This document shows, piece after piece, positions 1 through 9,902 of a stretch of DNA of 64,000 nt. The translations under genes were made by a program, and so were the position numbers. Under the pieces are notes generated by a model. It was given only the letters and a program-made list of their open reading frames with translations, ran no database searches and was not told the DNA's origin. How positions within the stretch are numbered: position 1 is the first letter of the stretch; each line of letters starts with the position of its first letter. This DNA comes from Alphaproteobacteria bacterium (GTDB taxonomy: Bacteria; Pseudomonadota; Alphaproteobacteria; SMXQ01). The DNA is taken from assembly GCA_046297835.1 (NCBI GenBank), contig JBKBHI010000008.1, positions 76,754-140,753 of the forward strand, written 5' to 3'.

Positions 1-618
1 TACGGGCCCGGCATCGTCATGGTGCCGGCGATCTTCGGCCTGCACGATCCGGAACGCGCCATCGCGCGCAGCTACGCCGAGGTCGGGTTCCCCGTGCTGG
101 TTCCCGACGTCTTCTTCCGCACCATTCCCGGCGCATTGGCGCGCGAGGGCGCGGAGAAGGACCAGGCGATGAAGCGCTATAACGAGTTCGACGCCGCGCA
201 AGGCGCGCTCGACATGGCCGACGCCGTCGCCCTGCTCAAGACTCAGGAAGAATGCTCGGGCAAGGCCGCCGTGTTCGGCTATTGCTTCGGCGGCCGCCTC
301 GCCTATCTCGCCGCCGCCACCGGCGCGGCGGACGGCGCGGTGTCGTTCCACGGCACCAAGCTCGGCCTCGATCTCGACAAGGCCAAGGGCGTCGCCTGCC
401 CGTTCCAGCATCATGTCGGCGACGTCGATCCGCAGATTCCGCTGGAGGAGACCGAGCGGCTGCGCGCCGCTCTCGCCGGCAAGAAAGACATCGGCATTTT
501 CGTCTATACCGGCGCGGCGCACGGCTTCACAGGCCAGGGCCGCCCGTCCTATCAGCTGCTCGCCGACACCATGTCGCGCGCCGGCGCGCTGGCCATGATG
601 GCCGGCTTGGCGGACTGA
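1..618 (+). CDS. Dienelactone hydrolase family protein (5'-truncated by window edge; reading frame open from nt 1: YGPGIVMVPAIFG...)
   Basis: ORF 19..618 is in frame with nt 1. The sequence resembles the DLH fold (GPGIVxxxEIFG-like N-terminus, GYCFGG nucleophile-elbow-like motif). Confidence 0.7.
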   Translation, partial: YGPGIVMVPAIFGLHDPERAIARSYAEVGFPVLVPDVFFRTIPGALAREGAEKDQAMKRYNEFDAAQGALDMADAVALLKTQEECSGKAAVFGYCFGGRLAYLAAATGAADGAVSFHGTKLGLDLDKAKGVACPFQHHVGDVDPQIPLEETERLRAALAGKKDIGIFVYTGAAHGFTGQGRPSYQLLADTMSRAGALAMMAGLAD

Positions 619-737
619 ACCCGCCTTTTCTCTCCATTCGTCATGCTCGGGCTTGACCCGAGCATCCATTTGTCCGTCGCCTGAGCGCCGGAAAGATGGA
701 CCCTCGGGTCAAGTCCGAGGTGACGATTTTTAGAGGG

Positions 738-1706
738 CTAGGCCACCTTCTCCGGCTTGCCGCTTTTAGCCGACTTGGCCATCGCCTCGATAACGGCGAT
801 GGCGTGGACCGCCTTGTCGACCGGATAGGGAAACGGCGCAACGCCGCTCACGGCGTCGGCGAAGGCTTCCATTTCGGCGCGCTCGGCGTCGATCTCGGCG
901 AGCTTCTGAAACTCCGGCTCGCCCTTGAGGCCCTTGTAGAGAAAGTAATCCTGCTCGCGGATTTCCGCCCAGCCGGCGCCGCCGAACAAATGCAGCCGGG
1001 TCAATTCCGGCGTCACGCCATTGGCCTGCAAGGTGCCGGTCTGGCCGCCCTTGAACTTGAGCAACACGGCGGTGACGTCCGACAGCGGGATGTGCTTGGC
1101 GATCTGCGTCGTCGCCGCGACATAGACCTCGGCGATTTCCCCTAAGAACTCGATCATCAGATAGAGCGGATGATCGGCGAGGCTGCCCGGCGGGGCCTGT
1201 TCGGGATCGGCCTTCCAAGTGCCGGCCTGCACCTTCGGATAACGATGCACGCAGAAATTGCCCTCGGCATGGACGAGCTGGCCGAGATCGCCGGCTTTGA
1301 GGCGGCGGCGCAACTCGGCGACGTTGGGATAGAAGCAGCGGTTGAAGCCCATGGCGAGCAGCTTGCCGCTTTTGGCCGAAGCTGCGGCCAGCGCGTCCGC
1401 CTCGGCCTTGGTCGTCGCCATCGCCTTGACGGCGAGGACATGCTTGCCGGCGTTGAGCGCCTGCAAACTGTGCGGCGCGTGCAGATGCCCCGGCCCAGCG
1501 CTGACCACCGCATCGACCGACGGGTCGGCGAGCAGCGCCGTCACGTCCGCATGGAGCTTGATGCCGTGCTGCTCGCAGAACGGCGCGGCCTTGCCCGATG
1601 CGCCGCTCGCGGCGGCGACGAAGCGCAGCTTGCCGCTCTTGCCCTGCGTCGATTCGACCAGGCGGCGGCCCCAGCCGCCCAGACCGATGATCCCCACGTT
1701 CAGCAT
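738..1706 (-). CDS. Gfo/Idh/MocA family NAD(P)-dependent oxidoreductase
   Basis: 322 aa. N-terminal Rossmann motif MLNVGIIGLGGWGRR. Typical length and pattern for the Gfo/Idh/MocA family. Confidence 0.8.
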   Translation of the reverse strand: MLNVGIIGLGGWGRRLVESTQGKSGKLRFVAAASGASGKAAPFCEQHGIKLHADVTALLADPSVDAVVSAGPGHLHAPHSLQALNAGKHVLAVKAMATTKAEADALAAASAKSGKLLAMGFNRCFYPNVAELRRRLKAGDLGQLVHAEGNFCVHRYPKVQAGTWKADPEQAPPGSLADHPLYLMIEFLGEIAEVYVAATTQIAKHIPLSDVTAVLLKFKGGQTGTLQANGVTPELTRLHLFGGAGWAEIREQDYFLYKGLKGEPEFQKLAEIDAERAEMEAFADAVSGVAPFPYPVDKAVHAIAVIEAMAKSAKSGKPEKVA

Positions 1707-1719
1707 GACGCCCCCAAGA

Positions 1720-2871
1720 TTATGTTTTGAACTTCACAGTCTCCAGCCGGCGCAGCGCCTCGTCCAGCGTTTCGTCGCGCTTGGCGAAGCAGAACCGCAG
1801 CACCGTCTTCACGGGATCGCGATCATAGAAGGCGCTGACCGGAATCGTCGCCACGCCCGCCTCGCGCACCAGCCGCTGGCTGAAGGCGACATCGTCCGCC
1901 TCACCCAACGGCGCGATATCGACGGTGAGGAAATAGGTGCCTTCCGCCGGCAGCACGCTGAAGCCGCGCGCCGCCAGCCCCGCCGCGAACCGGTCGCGCT
2001 TGGCGGCGAAGCCTGCGCGCATGGCGGCGAAATAACTGTCGTCCTTCGCCAGCCCGTAAGCGACGGCCACCTGCAAATTCGGCGGCGTCGTGAAGGTGAG
2101 GAATTGATGCGATTTCGCCAGCACTTTCAGAATGGGCTCGGCGGCGCAGACGAACCCGACCTTCCAGCCGGTGAGCGAGAATATCTTGCCGGCCGAGCCG
2201 ATCTTGACGGCGCGCTCGCGCAAGGCGGGAATCGACAGGACCGACACATGCTCGCGGCCGTCGAAGACGATATGCTCCCACACCTCGTCCGACACCACGA
2301 TCGCGCCTGACTTGACCGCGAAGCGCGCGAGCATCTCCAAATCCGCGCGCGCGAAGACGGTCGCGGTCGGATTGATCGGATTGTTGAGCAGCACCAGCTT
2401 GGTCTTCGGCGTGAAGGCGGCGGCGAGCTGTTCTTCCGTAAAACGCCAATGGGGCGGCTGCAAGGTGACGAACTTCGGCACGCCGCCCGCGAGCTTCACC
2501 AGCGGCAGATAGGCGTCGTACATCGGCTGGAACAGCACCACCTCGTCGCCCGGCTCGATCAGGCCGAGGATCGCGCCGGCCAGCGCCTCGGTGCCGCCCG
2601 AGGTCACCATCACCTCGCGCTGCCAGTCGAGATCGAGGCCTTGGAAACGCTTGTAGTGCTCGGCGACGGCCTGGCGCAGCTCCGGCAGGCCCATCATCGG
2701 CGGATATTGGTTGTAGCCGTCGACCAGCGCCTCGGCCGCCTTGCGCCGCACATCCTCCGGCCCGGCGTCCTCGGGAAAGCCCTGGCCGAGATTGATCGCC
2801 CCGGTCTCGCGCGCGAGGCCGGACATGACCTCGAAAATGGTGGTCGGCAGATGGGCGAAGAGCGGATTCAC
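1720..2871 (-). CDS. PLP-dependent aminotransferase class I/II (YbdL/MalY-like methionine/aromatic aminotransferase)
   Basis: 383 aa. INLGQGFP, NQYPPMMGLPELR and VLLNNPINPT motifs, with a SLTGWKVG (PLP-Lys region) segment. Confidence 0.85.
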   Translation of the reverse strand: MNPLFAHLPTTIFEVMSGLARETGAINLGQGFPEDAGPEDVRRKAAEALVDGYNQYPPMMGLPELRQAVAEHYKRFQGLDLDWQREVMVTSGGTEALAGAILGLIEPGDEVVLFQPMYDAYLPLVKLAGGVPKFVTLQPPHWRFTEEQLAAAFTPKTKLVLLNNPINPTATVFARADLEMLARFAVKSGAIVVSDEVWEHIVFDGREHVSVLSIPALRERAVKIGSAGKIFSLTGWKVGFVCAAEPILKVLAKSHQFLTFTTPPNLQVAVAYGLAKDDSYFAAMRAGFAAKRDRFAAGLAARGFSVLPAEGTYFLTVDIAPLGEADDVAFSQRLVREAGVATIPVSAFYDRDPVKTVLRFCFAKRDETLDEALRRLETVKFKT

Positions 2872-2973
2872 GATGACCCCGGCAAAGGACGCGAGCGGCC
2901 CGAGAGGCTAACCCAGTTGACCCGCCGGGCAAAGCCGCCTTCACTATGGCGAACAGCCGAAAGGACGCCCGCC

Positions 2974-3945
2974 ATGCGTGTCGCCGTGATCGACGATTTC
3001 CTGAACGCCGCCTTCCAGCACGGCGACTGGGGGCCGGTGCGGGCCAAGGCCGACGTCACCGTCTTCAACGACCATCTCGCCGACCCGGACAAGCTGGTCG
3101 AGCGCCTGAAGCCCTTCGAGATCGTCGCCGCCATGCGCGAGCGGACCGCCTTCCCGCGCGCCGTGCTGGAGCGCCTGCCGAACCTCAAGCTGCTGGTCAC
3201 GGCCGGCATGACCAACCGCAGCATCGACCTCGCCGCCGCCACCGACAACGGCACCCTAGTCTGCGGCACCGAGAGCCAGGGCAATTCGACCGGCGAGCTG
3301 GCCTGGGGCCTGATCCTTTCCGTCGCGCGCAACATTCCCGCCAACGACGCCGACGTGCGGCGCGGCGGCTGGCAGCTCGGCGTCGGCATGGGCTTGCAGC
3401 ACAAGACCCTCGGCATTCTCGGGCTCGGCAAGATCGGCGCGCGCGTCGCCAAGATCGGCCTCGCCTTCAACATGAAAGTGCTCGCCTGGAGCCAGAACCT
3501 GACCGAGGCGCGCTGCCAGGAGATCGGCATCGAGAAGGCGGCGAGCAAGGAAGACCTGCTCAAACGCGCCGACGTGGTGACGATCCATCTGGTGCTGAGC
3601 GACCGCACGCGCGGGCTGATCGGCGCGCCCGAATTGGCGCTGATGAAGCCGCACGCCATCCTGGTGAACACCTCGCGCGGCCCCATCATCAAGCAGGACG
3701 ATCTGCTCGCCGCGCTCAAGGCGGGGAAGATCGGCGGCGCGGGGCTGGACGTCCACGATATCGAACCGCTGCCCGCCGACCATCCGATCCGTTCGGCGCC
3801 GCGCACGGTGATCACGCCGCATCTCGGCTATGTCTCGGACTCGAGCTTCGGCGCGTTCTACGGCGGCACGGCGGAAGACATCGCCGCCTATCTCGACGGC
3901 AAGCCGATCCGCGTGCTCAATCCGGACGCGCTGCAGCGCAAATAA
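2974..3945 (+). CDS. D-isomer-specific 2-hydroxyacid dehydrogenase (NAD-binding)
   Basis: In-frame ATG at 2974 (MRVAVIDD) inside the longer spurious ORF 2449..3945. GILGLGKIGARVA NAD motif. Conserved R/E/H catalytic region (VNTSRGPII...PHLGY). Confidence 0.85.
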   Translation: MRVAVIDDFLNAAFQHGDWGPVRAKADVTVFNDHLADPDKLVERLKPFEIVAAMRERTAFPRAVLERLPNLKLLVTAGMTNRSIDLAAATDNGTLVCGTESQGNSTGELAWGLILSVARNIPANDADVRRGGWQLGVGMGLQHKTLGILGLGKIGARVAKIGLAFNMKVLAWSQNLTEARCQEIGIEKAASKEDLLKRADVVTIHLVLSDRTRGLIGAPELALMKPHAILVNTSRGPIIKQDDLLAALKAGKIGGAGLDVHDIEPLPADHPIRSAPRTVITPHLGYVSDSSFGAFYGGTAEDIAAYLDGKPIRVLNPDALQRK

Positions 3946-3994
3946 GAAGGCCGCCCCGAGAGGCGGCCTTCATCGCGCGGACGGTGCGGCGAAT

Positions 3995-6322
3995 TTAAGC
4001 CGCCTTGCCCTTCTGAATAATCCGCCAGATGCGCTCCGGCGTCGCCGGCATCTCGACGTTGCGCACGCCGTACTCGGAGAGCGCATCGACGAGCGCGTTG
4101 GCGATGGCCGGCATGGCGCCGACGCAGCCCGCTTCGCCCGCGCCCTTGACGCCGAGCGGATTGGTCGCGGTCGGCACCGGGTTGCTCTTCACATGGATCA
4201 TGCTGAAATGCTCGGCGCGCGGCATGGCGTAATCCTGGAACGAGCCGGTCAGCAACTGGCCGTCCTCGTCGTAGCGCATGTCTTCCATCAGGATCTGGCC
4301 GAGGCCCTGGCCGATGCCGCCGATGATCTGGCCGTGCAGCATCAGCGGGTTCAGCACGTTGCCGACGTCGTCGACGACGTTGTAGGCCAGCACGTCGACC
4401 ACGCCCGTCTCCGGGTCGATCTCCAGCTCGCAGATATGCGTGCCGTTGGGATAATTGATGGCGTTGCTGTGGAACACCGCGCTCGCCAGCAGGCCGATCT
4501 CCTCGCCGGCCGGCACGTTCTTCGGATTGAGCGATTCGCGCGCCAGCTCCTGGATGTCCATCGTGCGGTTGCTCGCCTTGGACGAGAAGATGCCGTCGGC
4601 GAACTGCACCTGATCGACGGACACGCCGAACATATGCGCGGCGACGCGCGTCGCCTTAGCGACGATCTTATCGGCCGCCATCTTCATCGCGCCGCCGCCG
4701 ATGGTCGCCGTGCGCGAACCGCCGGTGCCTTCGCCGAAGAACACCTTGTCGGTGTCGCCCTGGACATATTGGACCTGCATCGGATCGAGACCGAGCCGGT
4801 CGCAGACGAGCTGCTTGAAGGTCGTCTCGTGGCCCTGTCCCTGGGCGATCGCGCCGGACAGGATCGTCACCGTGCCGGCGCGGTCGAAGCGGATTTCCGC
4901 GCCCTCGTAGCCCGGCGAGGCGGCGCGCTCGATGCTGTTGGACAGGCCGAGCCCGCGCAGTTTGCCGCGCTTTTTGGACTCCTCGCGGCGCTTGGCGAAG
5001 CCGGCGTAATCGGCCATCTGCATCGCTAGGTCCATGTTCCGCTCGAACTCGCCGCAATCGTAGACCGGGCCGAGCGCCGTCTTGAACGGCATGGCGTCGG
5101 CCGGGATGATGTTACGGCGGCGGATCTCGGACGGGTCGATCTTCAATTCGTCGGCGGCGATGTCGATCAGCCGCTCGATGACGAAGGCCGCCTCGGGCCG
5201 GCCGTTGCCGCGATAGGGCCGCACCGGATGGGTGTGGGTCAGCACCGCCGTCACGTCGACATGGATCGCCGGGATGATATAGACGCCGGCAAGCGAGCCC
5301 AGATTGGCGACCGGCGAGGATTCGCCGCCGGTCTGCAGGTAAGCGCCGACATTGGCGACGTTGCGCACGCGGAGCGCGAGAAACTTGCCGTTCGCATCGA
5401 GGGCCAGCTCGCCCTCGGAGACCAGATCGCGGGCGTTGGCGTCGGACAGAAAGGATTCCGAGCGCGTGGCGATCCATTTTACCGGACGGCCGACGGTCTT
5501 GGCGGCCAGCAGCACCATGCCGACCTCGTTATAGACCGGCGACTTCATGCCGAAGCTACCGCCGATGTCGCCGCACACCACCCGCACCTTGCTCTCGGGC
5601 ACGTTCAGCACTTCGGCCAGTTCCTCGCGGAACGAATGGGCGCGCTGCAAGGTCGTGTAGGCGGTGTAATGCGCTTCGGTCGGGCTATAGACGCCGATCG
5701 CGCCGCGCGGCTCCATAGTCGCCGCCGTCACGCGGTTGATGACCAGGCGATGCTTGACGATCTTGTCGGCCTTGGCGAAGGCCTCGTCGGTCGCCGCCTT
5801 ATCGCCCTGCAGATGGACGAAGCAGATGTTGTCGGCGCCGTCGGGCCAGACCTTGGGCGCGCCGGGCTCCAGCGCCTTGACGGCGTTGGTGACGGCGGGC
5901 AGCGGCTCGTATTCGACCTCGACCAGTTCGGCGGCATCCATCGCCTGGGCGACTGTTTCGGCGACGACGAAAGCGACCGGGTCGCCGACATGGCGCACTT
6001 CGCCGTCGGCTAGCGCCGGATAAGGCGGCCGGACCATGGGCTTGCCGTCGCGCAGCTTGCGGCCCGAGCCGCGCGGCAGATCGCCGAAGCCGGAGGCTTT
6101 CCAGTCCGCGCCGGTCAGCACGGCGAGCACGCCGGGCGCTTTCAGCGCCGCAGCCGTATCGAGCTTGCGGATTTTCGCGGCGGCGTAGGGCGAGCGCACG
6201 ACGCAGCCATGGACCATATGGGGGAGCGCCATGTCGGAGATGTAGCGCCCGCCGCCGCGCAGCAATCGCAGATCCTCGAAACGCGGCACGGCCTGGCCCA
6301 AGGCGAACTCGCCCATACGCAA
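3995..6322 (-). CDS. Xanthine dehydrogenase/aldehyde oxidase family molybdopterin-binding large subunit (orphan; not a form-I CO dehydrogenase)
   Basis: 775 aa. Aldehyde oxidase/XDH a/b-hammerhead and MoCo-binding pattern. Active-site loop reads PYRGNGRPE rather than the form-I CODH AYRCSFR. No FeS or FAD subunit genes adjacent. Confidence 0.8.
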   Translation of the reverse strand: MRMGEFALGQAVPRFEDLRLLRGGGRYISDMALPHMVHGCVVRSPYAAAKIRKLDTAAALKAPGVLAVLTGADWKASGFGDLPRGSGRKLRDGKPMVRPPYPALADGEVRHVGDPVAFVVAETVAQAMDAAELVEVEYEPLPAVTNAVKALEPGAPKVWPDGADNICFVHLQGDKAATDEAFAKADKIVKHRLVINRVTAATMEPRGAIGVYSPTEAHYTAYTTLQRAHSFREELAEVLNVPESKVRVVCGDIGGSFGMKSPVYNEVGMVLLAAKTVGRPVKWIATRSESFLSDANARDLVSEGELALDANGKFLALRVRNVANVGAYLQTGGESSPVANLGSLAGVYIIPAIHVDVTAVLTHTHPVRPYRGNGRPEAAFVIERLIDIAADELKIDPSEIRRRNIIPADAMPFKTALGPVYDCGEFERNMDLAMQMADYAGFAKRREESKKRGKLRGLGLSNSIERAASPGYEGAEIRFDRAGTVTILSGAIAQGQGHETTFKQLVCDRLGLDPMQVQYVQGDTDKVFFGEGTGGSRTATIGGGAMKMAADKIVAKATRVAAHMFGVSVDQVQFADGIFSSKASNRTMDIQELARESLNPKNVPAGEEIGLLASAVFHSNAINYPNGTHICELEIDPETGVVDVLAYNVVDDVGNVLNPLMLHGQIIGGIGQGLGQILMEDMRYDEDGQLLTGSFQDYAMPRAEHFSMIHVKSNPVPTATNPLGVKGAGEAGCVGAMPAIANALVDALSEYGVRNVEMPATPERIWRIIQKGKAA

Positions 6323-6433
6323 CCCCTCTTTCGCTCGTTCGCGCCGGCTCCACGCGGCCGGCGAATTGGGCTAAACTCTACGGCGTGACGCCGCCCCTTT
6401 CAAATGCCCATATGCCGCGATCCGGAGCACGGA

Positions 6434-7069
6434 ATGGTCGCCGATTCGCGCACAAATAGCGTGCCCGACACGATTCTGGGCGCGATCCTCGCCGGCGGCG
6501 CGGCGACGCGCATGGGCGCTGCCGCGCCGGGCGGCGACAAATGCCTGATCGAGATCGGCGGCGCGCCGCTGCTGGTCCACGCGCGCGCCAGGCTCGCGCC
6601 CCAGGTCGCCGAAACGATCCTCAGCGCCAACGGCGATCCGGCGCGGTTCGACGCTTACGGTCTGGACGTGATCGCCGACGAAACGCCGGGCCAAGGGCCG
6701 CTCGCCGGCGTCATCGCCGCGCTCGCCGAGGCGGCGCGGCGCGGCCACAGCCTGTGCCTGACCGTGCCGGGCGACGCGCCGCTGCTGCCGCGCGATCTCG
6801 CGGCGCGGCTTCACGAGGCGTTGGGCGAGGCCAATTGCGCGGTGGCGACGAGCGCCGGTCAGCGCCAGAGCGTGTTCGCGCTGTGGCGCGTCGCCGCGCT
6901 GGCGCGCTTGCGGGGGATCTATGCGGACGGCACGCGCGCCCTCTGGCGCGCGCAGGAAGCGCTCAGCGCGACGCAGGCGGACTTCGCCGACGCCGACGCT
7001 TTTCTCGGCCTCAACCGGCCAGCAGACCGAACAGCTCTCGCCACAGCCTTGAACCGCGCGGCAGGCTGA
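6434..7069 (+). CDS. mobA: Molybdenum cofactor guanylyltransferase MobA
   Basis: GAILAGGAATRMGxxxGDK signature. I chose the ATG at 6434 (GGAG 6 nt upstream) over the ORF-track start at 6404. Confidence 0.7.
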   Translation: MVADSRTNSVPDTILGAILAGGAATRMGAAAPGGDKCLIEIGGAPLLVHARARLAPQVAETILSANGDPARFDAYGLDVIADETPGQGPLAGVIAALAEAARRGHSLCLTVPGDAPLLPRDLAARLHEALGEANCAVATSAGQRQSVFALWRVAALARLRGIYADGTRALWRAQEALSATQADFADADAFLGLNRPADRTALATALNRAAG

Positions 7070-7104
7070 GCTCGCCGGCGAACCAGAACGGCGCGGCGGC
7101 CGCC

Positions 7105-8439
7105 TTACGCGGCGCGGATGCGGGTGAGGAAGTCATCGACTTCGCCGCGCAGCGTATCGGAATGGCCGACCAGGGCGGTCGAATTGTCCTGCATCTGCTT
7201 CGCCGTCTCGCCGGTCTCCTTGGCGGTCTGGGTCACATGGACGATGTTGCTCGACACTTCGCTGGTGCCGGCGGAAGCTTCCTGCACGTTGCGCGCGATC
7301 TCGCGCGTCGCCGCGCCCTGCTCCTCGACCGCCGAGGCGATCGCGGTGGAAATCTCGTTGATCGTGCCGATCGTGGCGCCGATGCGCTGGATCGCCTCGA
7401 CGGCGCCCTTCGTTTCGTTCTGGATGGCGGTGATCTGGGCGACGATCTCTTCGGTGGCTTTCGCCGTCTGGTTGGCGAGGTTCTTCACCTCCGAGGCGAC
7501 CACCGCGAAGCCCTTGCCGGCCTCGCCGGCGCGCGCCGCCTCGATGGTGGCGTTGAGCGCCAAAAGATTGGTCTGGCCGGCGATGTCGCTGATCAGCTTG
7601 ACCACGTCGCCGATGCGCTGGGCGGCTTTCGCCAAGCCCTCGACCTGCGCGTTGGTCGCCTCGGCCTCGTTCACGGCCTGCGTCGTGATCTTGGTCGAGG
7701 TCGCGACTTGGCGGGTGATCTCAGCGACCGAGGCGTTGAGCTCCTCGGCGGCGCTGGCGACGGTCTGCACGTTGACCGAGGCTTGCTCGGAAGCGGCCGC
7801 GACCGTGGTCGCCTGCTGGGTCGTCTGTTCGGCCTTCACCGTCATGTCGGCGGCGGCGCCGCGCATGTCGTTGGCCGAGGTCGAGACCTTGTCGGCGACC
7901 GATTTCACCGTGGTCTCGAGATTGTCGGCCAGCTTGTTCAGCCGCTGATTGAAGCTCTTCTTGCCCTCGTCGATATAGACCGAGATGGCGTAATCCATGT
8001 CGAGCAGGATCGCCTTGATCATCGCCTGCTGCACGGCCACCAGCTTTTCCGGCTTCTTGCGGTAGGTTTTGACCGCGACCGCCATCAACTCGCCGAGCGC
8101 CATGGCGTAGCCGCCGATATACCAGCGCGGCTCCAAGCCGATGCGCTCGTGGGTCTTGCCGATGCGCTGGACGCGTTCGACATAGGCGTCGTCGAACTTG
8201 CCCTCGAACATGCCGAGCCAATGGGCCTTTTGCGCGTCGCGCGCATGGGTCTTGATCGCCGGCGTTGTGAACAGCGCCGCGAGGTGCGGCAGCTTGCCGA
8301 TGTGGTCGTAGAATTTGGTCAGCACGCCATCGACCGCTTCGGCGATCTGCGGCTTGAACTCCGCCAGCGTCGCCGCCGTCTGCGCGTCGATCTTCAGGAA
8401 ACTGAGACGCTCGGCATGCGACGAATGTTCGGTAGTCAT
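7105..8439 (-). CDS. Soluble globin-coupled sensor with methyl-accepting chemotaxis signalling domain (HemAT-like)
   Basis: 444 aa. N-terminal protoglobin/sensor-globin block ([40 protein letters not shown]). C-terminal MCP signalling domain ([31 protein letters not shown]). No TM segments. Confidence 0.8.
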   Translation of the reverse strand: MTTEHSSHAERLSFLKIDAQTAATLAEFKPQIAEAVDGVLTKFYDHIGKLPHLAALFTTPAIKTHARDAQKAHWLGMFEGKFDDAYVERVQRIGKTHERIGLEPRWYIGGYAMALGELMAVAVKTYRKKPEKLVAVQQAMIKAILLDMDYAISVYIDEGKKSFNQRLNKLADNLETTVKSVADKVSTSANDMRGAAADMTVKAEQTTQQATTVAAASEQASVNVQTVASAAEELNASVAEITRQVATSTKITTQAVNEAEATNAQVEGLAKAAQRIGDVVKLISDIAGQTNLLALNATIEAARAGEAGKGFAVVASEVKNLANQTAKATEEIVAQITAIQNETKGAVEAIQRIGATIGTINEISTAIASAVEEQGAATREIARNVQEASAGTSEVSSNIVHVTQTAKETGETAKQMQDNSTALVGHSDTLRGEVDDFLTRIRAA

Positions 8440-8605
8440 GGAATCCCTCTCTCGAATGCGGCGGGCCGCGATGGCGATAGGGCGACCCTAGAGGGATTAG
8501 GTAAAAAGTCCCTTAAATTATACCTAAAGTAGTAGTCACTGAGACTTAGAGGAATTCCAAGGCAAACCCCGCAGAAAACCGGATTTGCCTTGGAATTAGA
8601 ATTTG

Positions 8606-8770
8606 TTAATCGGTCGCGTCTTCGATCGCGCGCTGCGTGTCGTTCACGCCTTCGTCGATGCGCTCCCCGACCTGCTCAGCCGGACCTTGGTCGTCGCAGG
8701 CGGCGAGCGGCACGGCTGTCGAGAGGACAAGAGCGGTCAGCGCGGCTTTGATCAGGATGTTGGAGGGCAT
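8606..8770 (-). CDS. Small lipoprotein (54 aa, entericidin-like architecture; not in ORF track because <60 aa)
   Basis: Reverse strand reads MPSNILIKAALTALVLSTAVPLAACDDQGPAEQVGERIDEGVNDTQRAIEDATD. Signal peptide plus lipobox LAAC. GAGGAG Shine-Dalgarno 7 nt upstream of the ATG. Confidence 0.45.
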   Translation of the reverse strand: MPSNILIKAALTALVLSTAVPLAACDDQGPAEQVGERIDEGVNDTQRAIEDATD

Positions 8771-8865
8771 CTTTGGTCTCCTCGGATGATGACGATGCCT
8801 AGAAAACGCGGGGCCCGCGAAATTGGTTCCGGGGAACTCGCCACGCAGCGAGCCGTTGCTAGCCC

Positions 8866-9795
8866 ATGCGCTGCGCCGTCATCATCAACCGCAAAGCCGG
8901 CACTGTCGTTTCGCGCGGCGCGCGCCCGGTGATCGAAAGCCTGCGCCGTCAAGCCGAGGCGGCGGGCGCGACCGCCGACATCCGCCTGCTCCACCCGGCC
9001 GGCATGAAAGCCGCGCTTGAAGCGGCGCGCGACGATGCCGCCTATGACGCCGTGATCGTCGGCGGCGGCGACGGCACAATCTCGTCGGCCGCCGGGCTAT
9101 TCGCCGGCAGCGGCCGCACCCTCGGCATCCTGCCGCTCGGCACCATGAACCTGTTCGCGCGCTCGCTGCGCATCCCGATCGACGTCGATGCCGCCTTGGC
9201 CGCGCTGCTCGAAGCCGCGCCCGCCGCCGTCGATCTGTGCAGCGTCAACGGCCGCACCTTCACCCATCATGTCGCGCTCGGCCTGCATCCGACGATCCTG
9301 CGCGCCCGCGAATCCATGAGCTATCGCGGCCGCGTCGGCAAAATCTGGGCGAGCCTGCGCGCTTATCTCCAGACGCTGCGCCGGCCGCCGACCTTGACGG
9401 TGGCGACACGCATCGACGGCCAGACGAGACAGCGCCGCACCAACACCTTGATCGTGAGCAACAATTGCTTCATCGAGGGGCTCGGCCATCTGCCCTACGC
9501 CGAAAACCCGCAGGGCGGCCGCTTGGCCATCTATGTCGCCACCACGCGCAACCGGCGCGATCTCGTGCGCCTGTCGAGCGCCGTGGCGATGGGCGCCTGG
9601 GTCAAGAACCCGCTGCTCGAAAGCCATATCGCCGAGGAGGTCGAGATCGCGCTGCGCAAGCGCCGGCATGTCCTGGCCTCGGTCGATGGCGAACTGATCG
9701 ACCTGGCCTCGCCGCTACGCATCCTCTGCCATAAGGGCGCGCTGACCGCGCTGATGCCCCAGGCCGACGCGCCCTCCGCGCTCAAGATCGCCTGA
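8866..9795 (+). CDS. Diacylglycerol kinase catalytic-domain lipid kinase (YegS/BmrU family)
   Basis: 309 aa. DAGK_cat pattern (AVIINRKAG..., GGDGT, GILPLGTMNLFARSL). Confidence 0.8.
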   Translation: MRCAVIINRKAGTVVSRGARPVIESLRRQAEAAGATADIRLLHPAGMKAALEAARDDAAYDAVIVGGGDGTISSAAGLFAGSGRTLGILPLGTMNLFARSLRIPIDVDAALAALLEAAPAAVDLCSVNGRTFTHHVALGLHPTILRARESMSYRGRVGKIWASLRAYLQTLRRPPTLTVATRIDGQTRQRRTNTLIVSNNCFIEGLGHLPYAENPQGGRLAIYVATTRNRRDLVRLSSAVAMGAWVKNPLLESHIAEEVEIALRKRRHVLASVDGELIDLASPLRILCHKGALTALMPQADAPSALKIA

Positions 9796-9902
9796 CATCA
9801 GCCATGGCGGTTTCGCGCGGCTGCCATGGCGGAATATCATGGCGTCCGGCCGCCCGCTGCCGCTAGTCTCGCCGCCGGTTCCCACCACCGGGCATTCCCC
9901 CG

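Noticed and set aside
2449-2973. N-terminal 175-aa extension of the 2-hydroxyacid dehydrogenase ORF
   Set aside because: The extension is Arg/His-rich and overlaps the aminotransferase gene on the other strand. The conserved dehydrogenase begins at MRVAVIDD (2974).
3995-6322. Possibility that the molybdopterin subunit is a CO dehydrogenase large subunit (CoxL)
   Set aside because: The form-I active-site loop AYRCSFR is absent (the sequence has PYRGNGRPE) and there are no coxS/coxM neighbours. Called generically as XDH/aldehyde-oxidase family.
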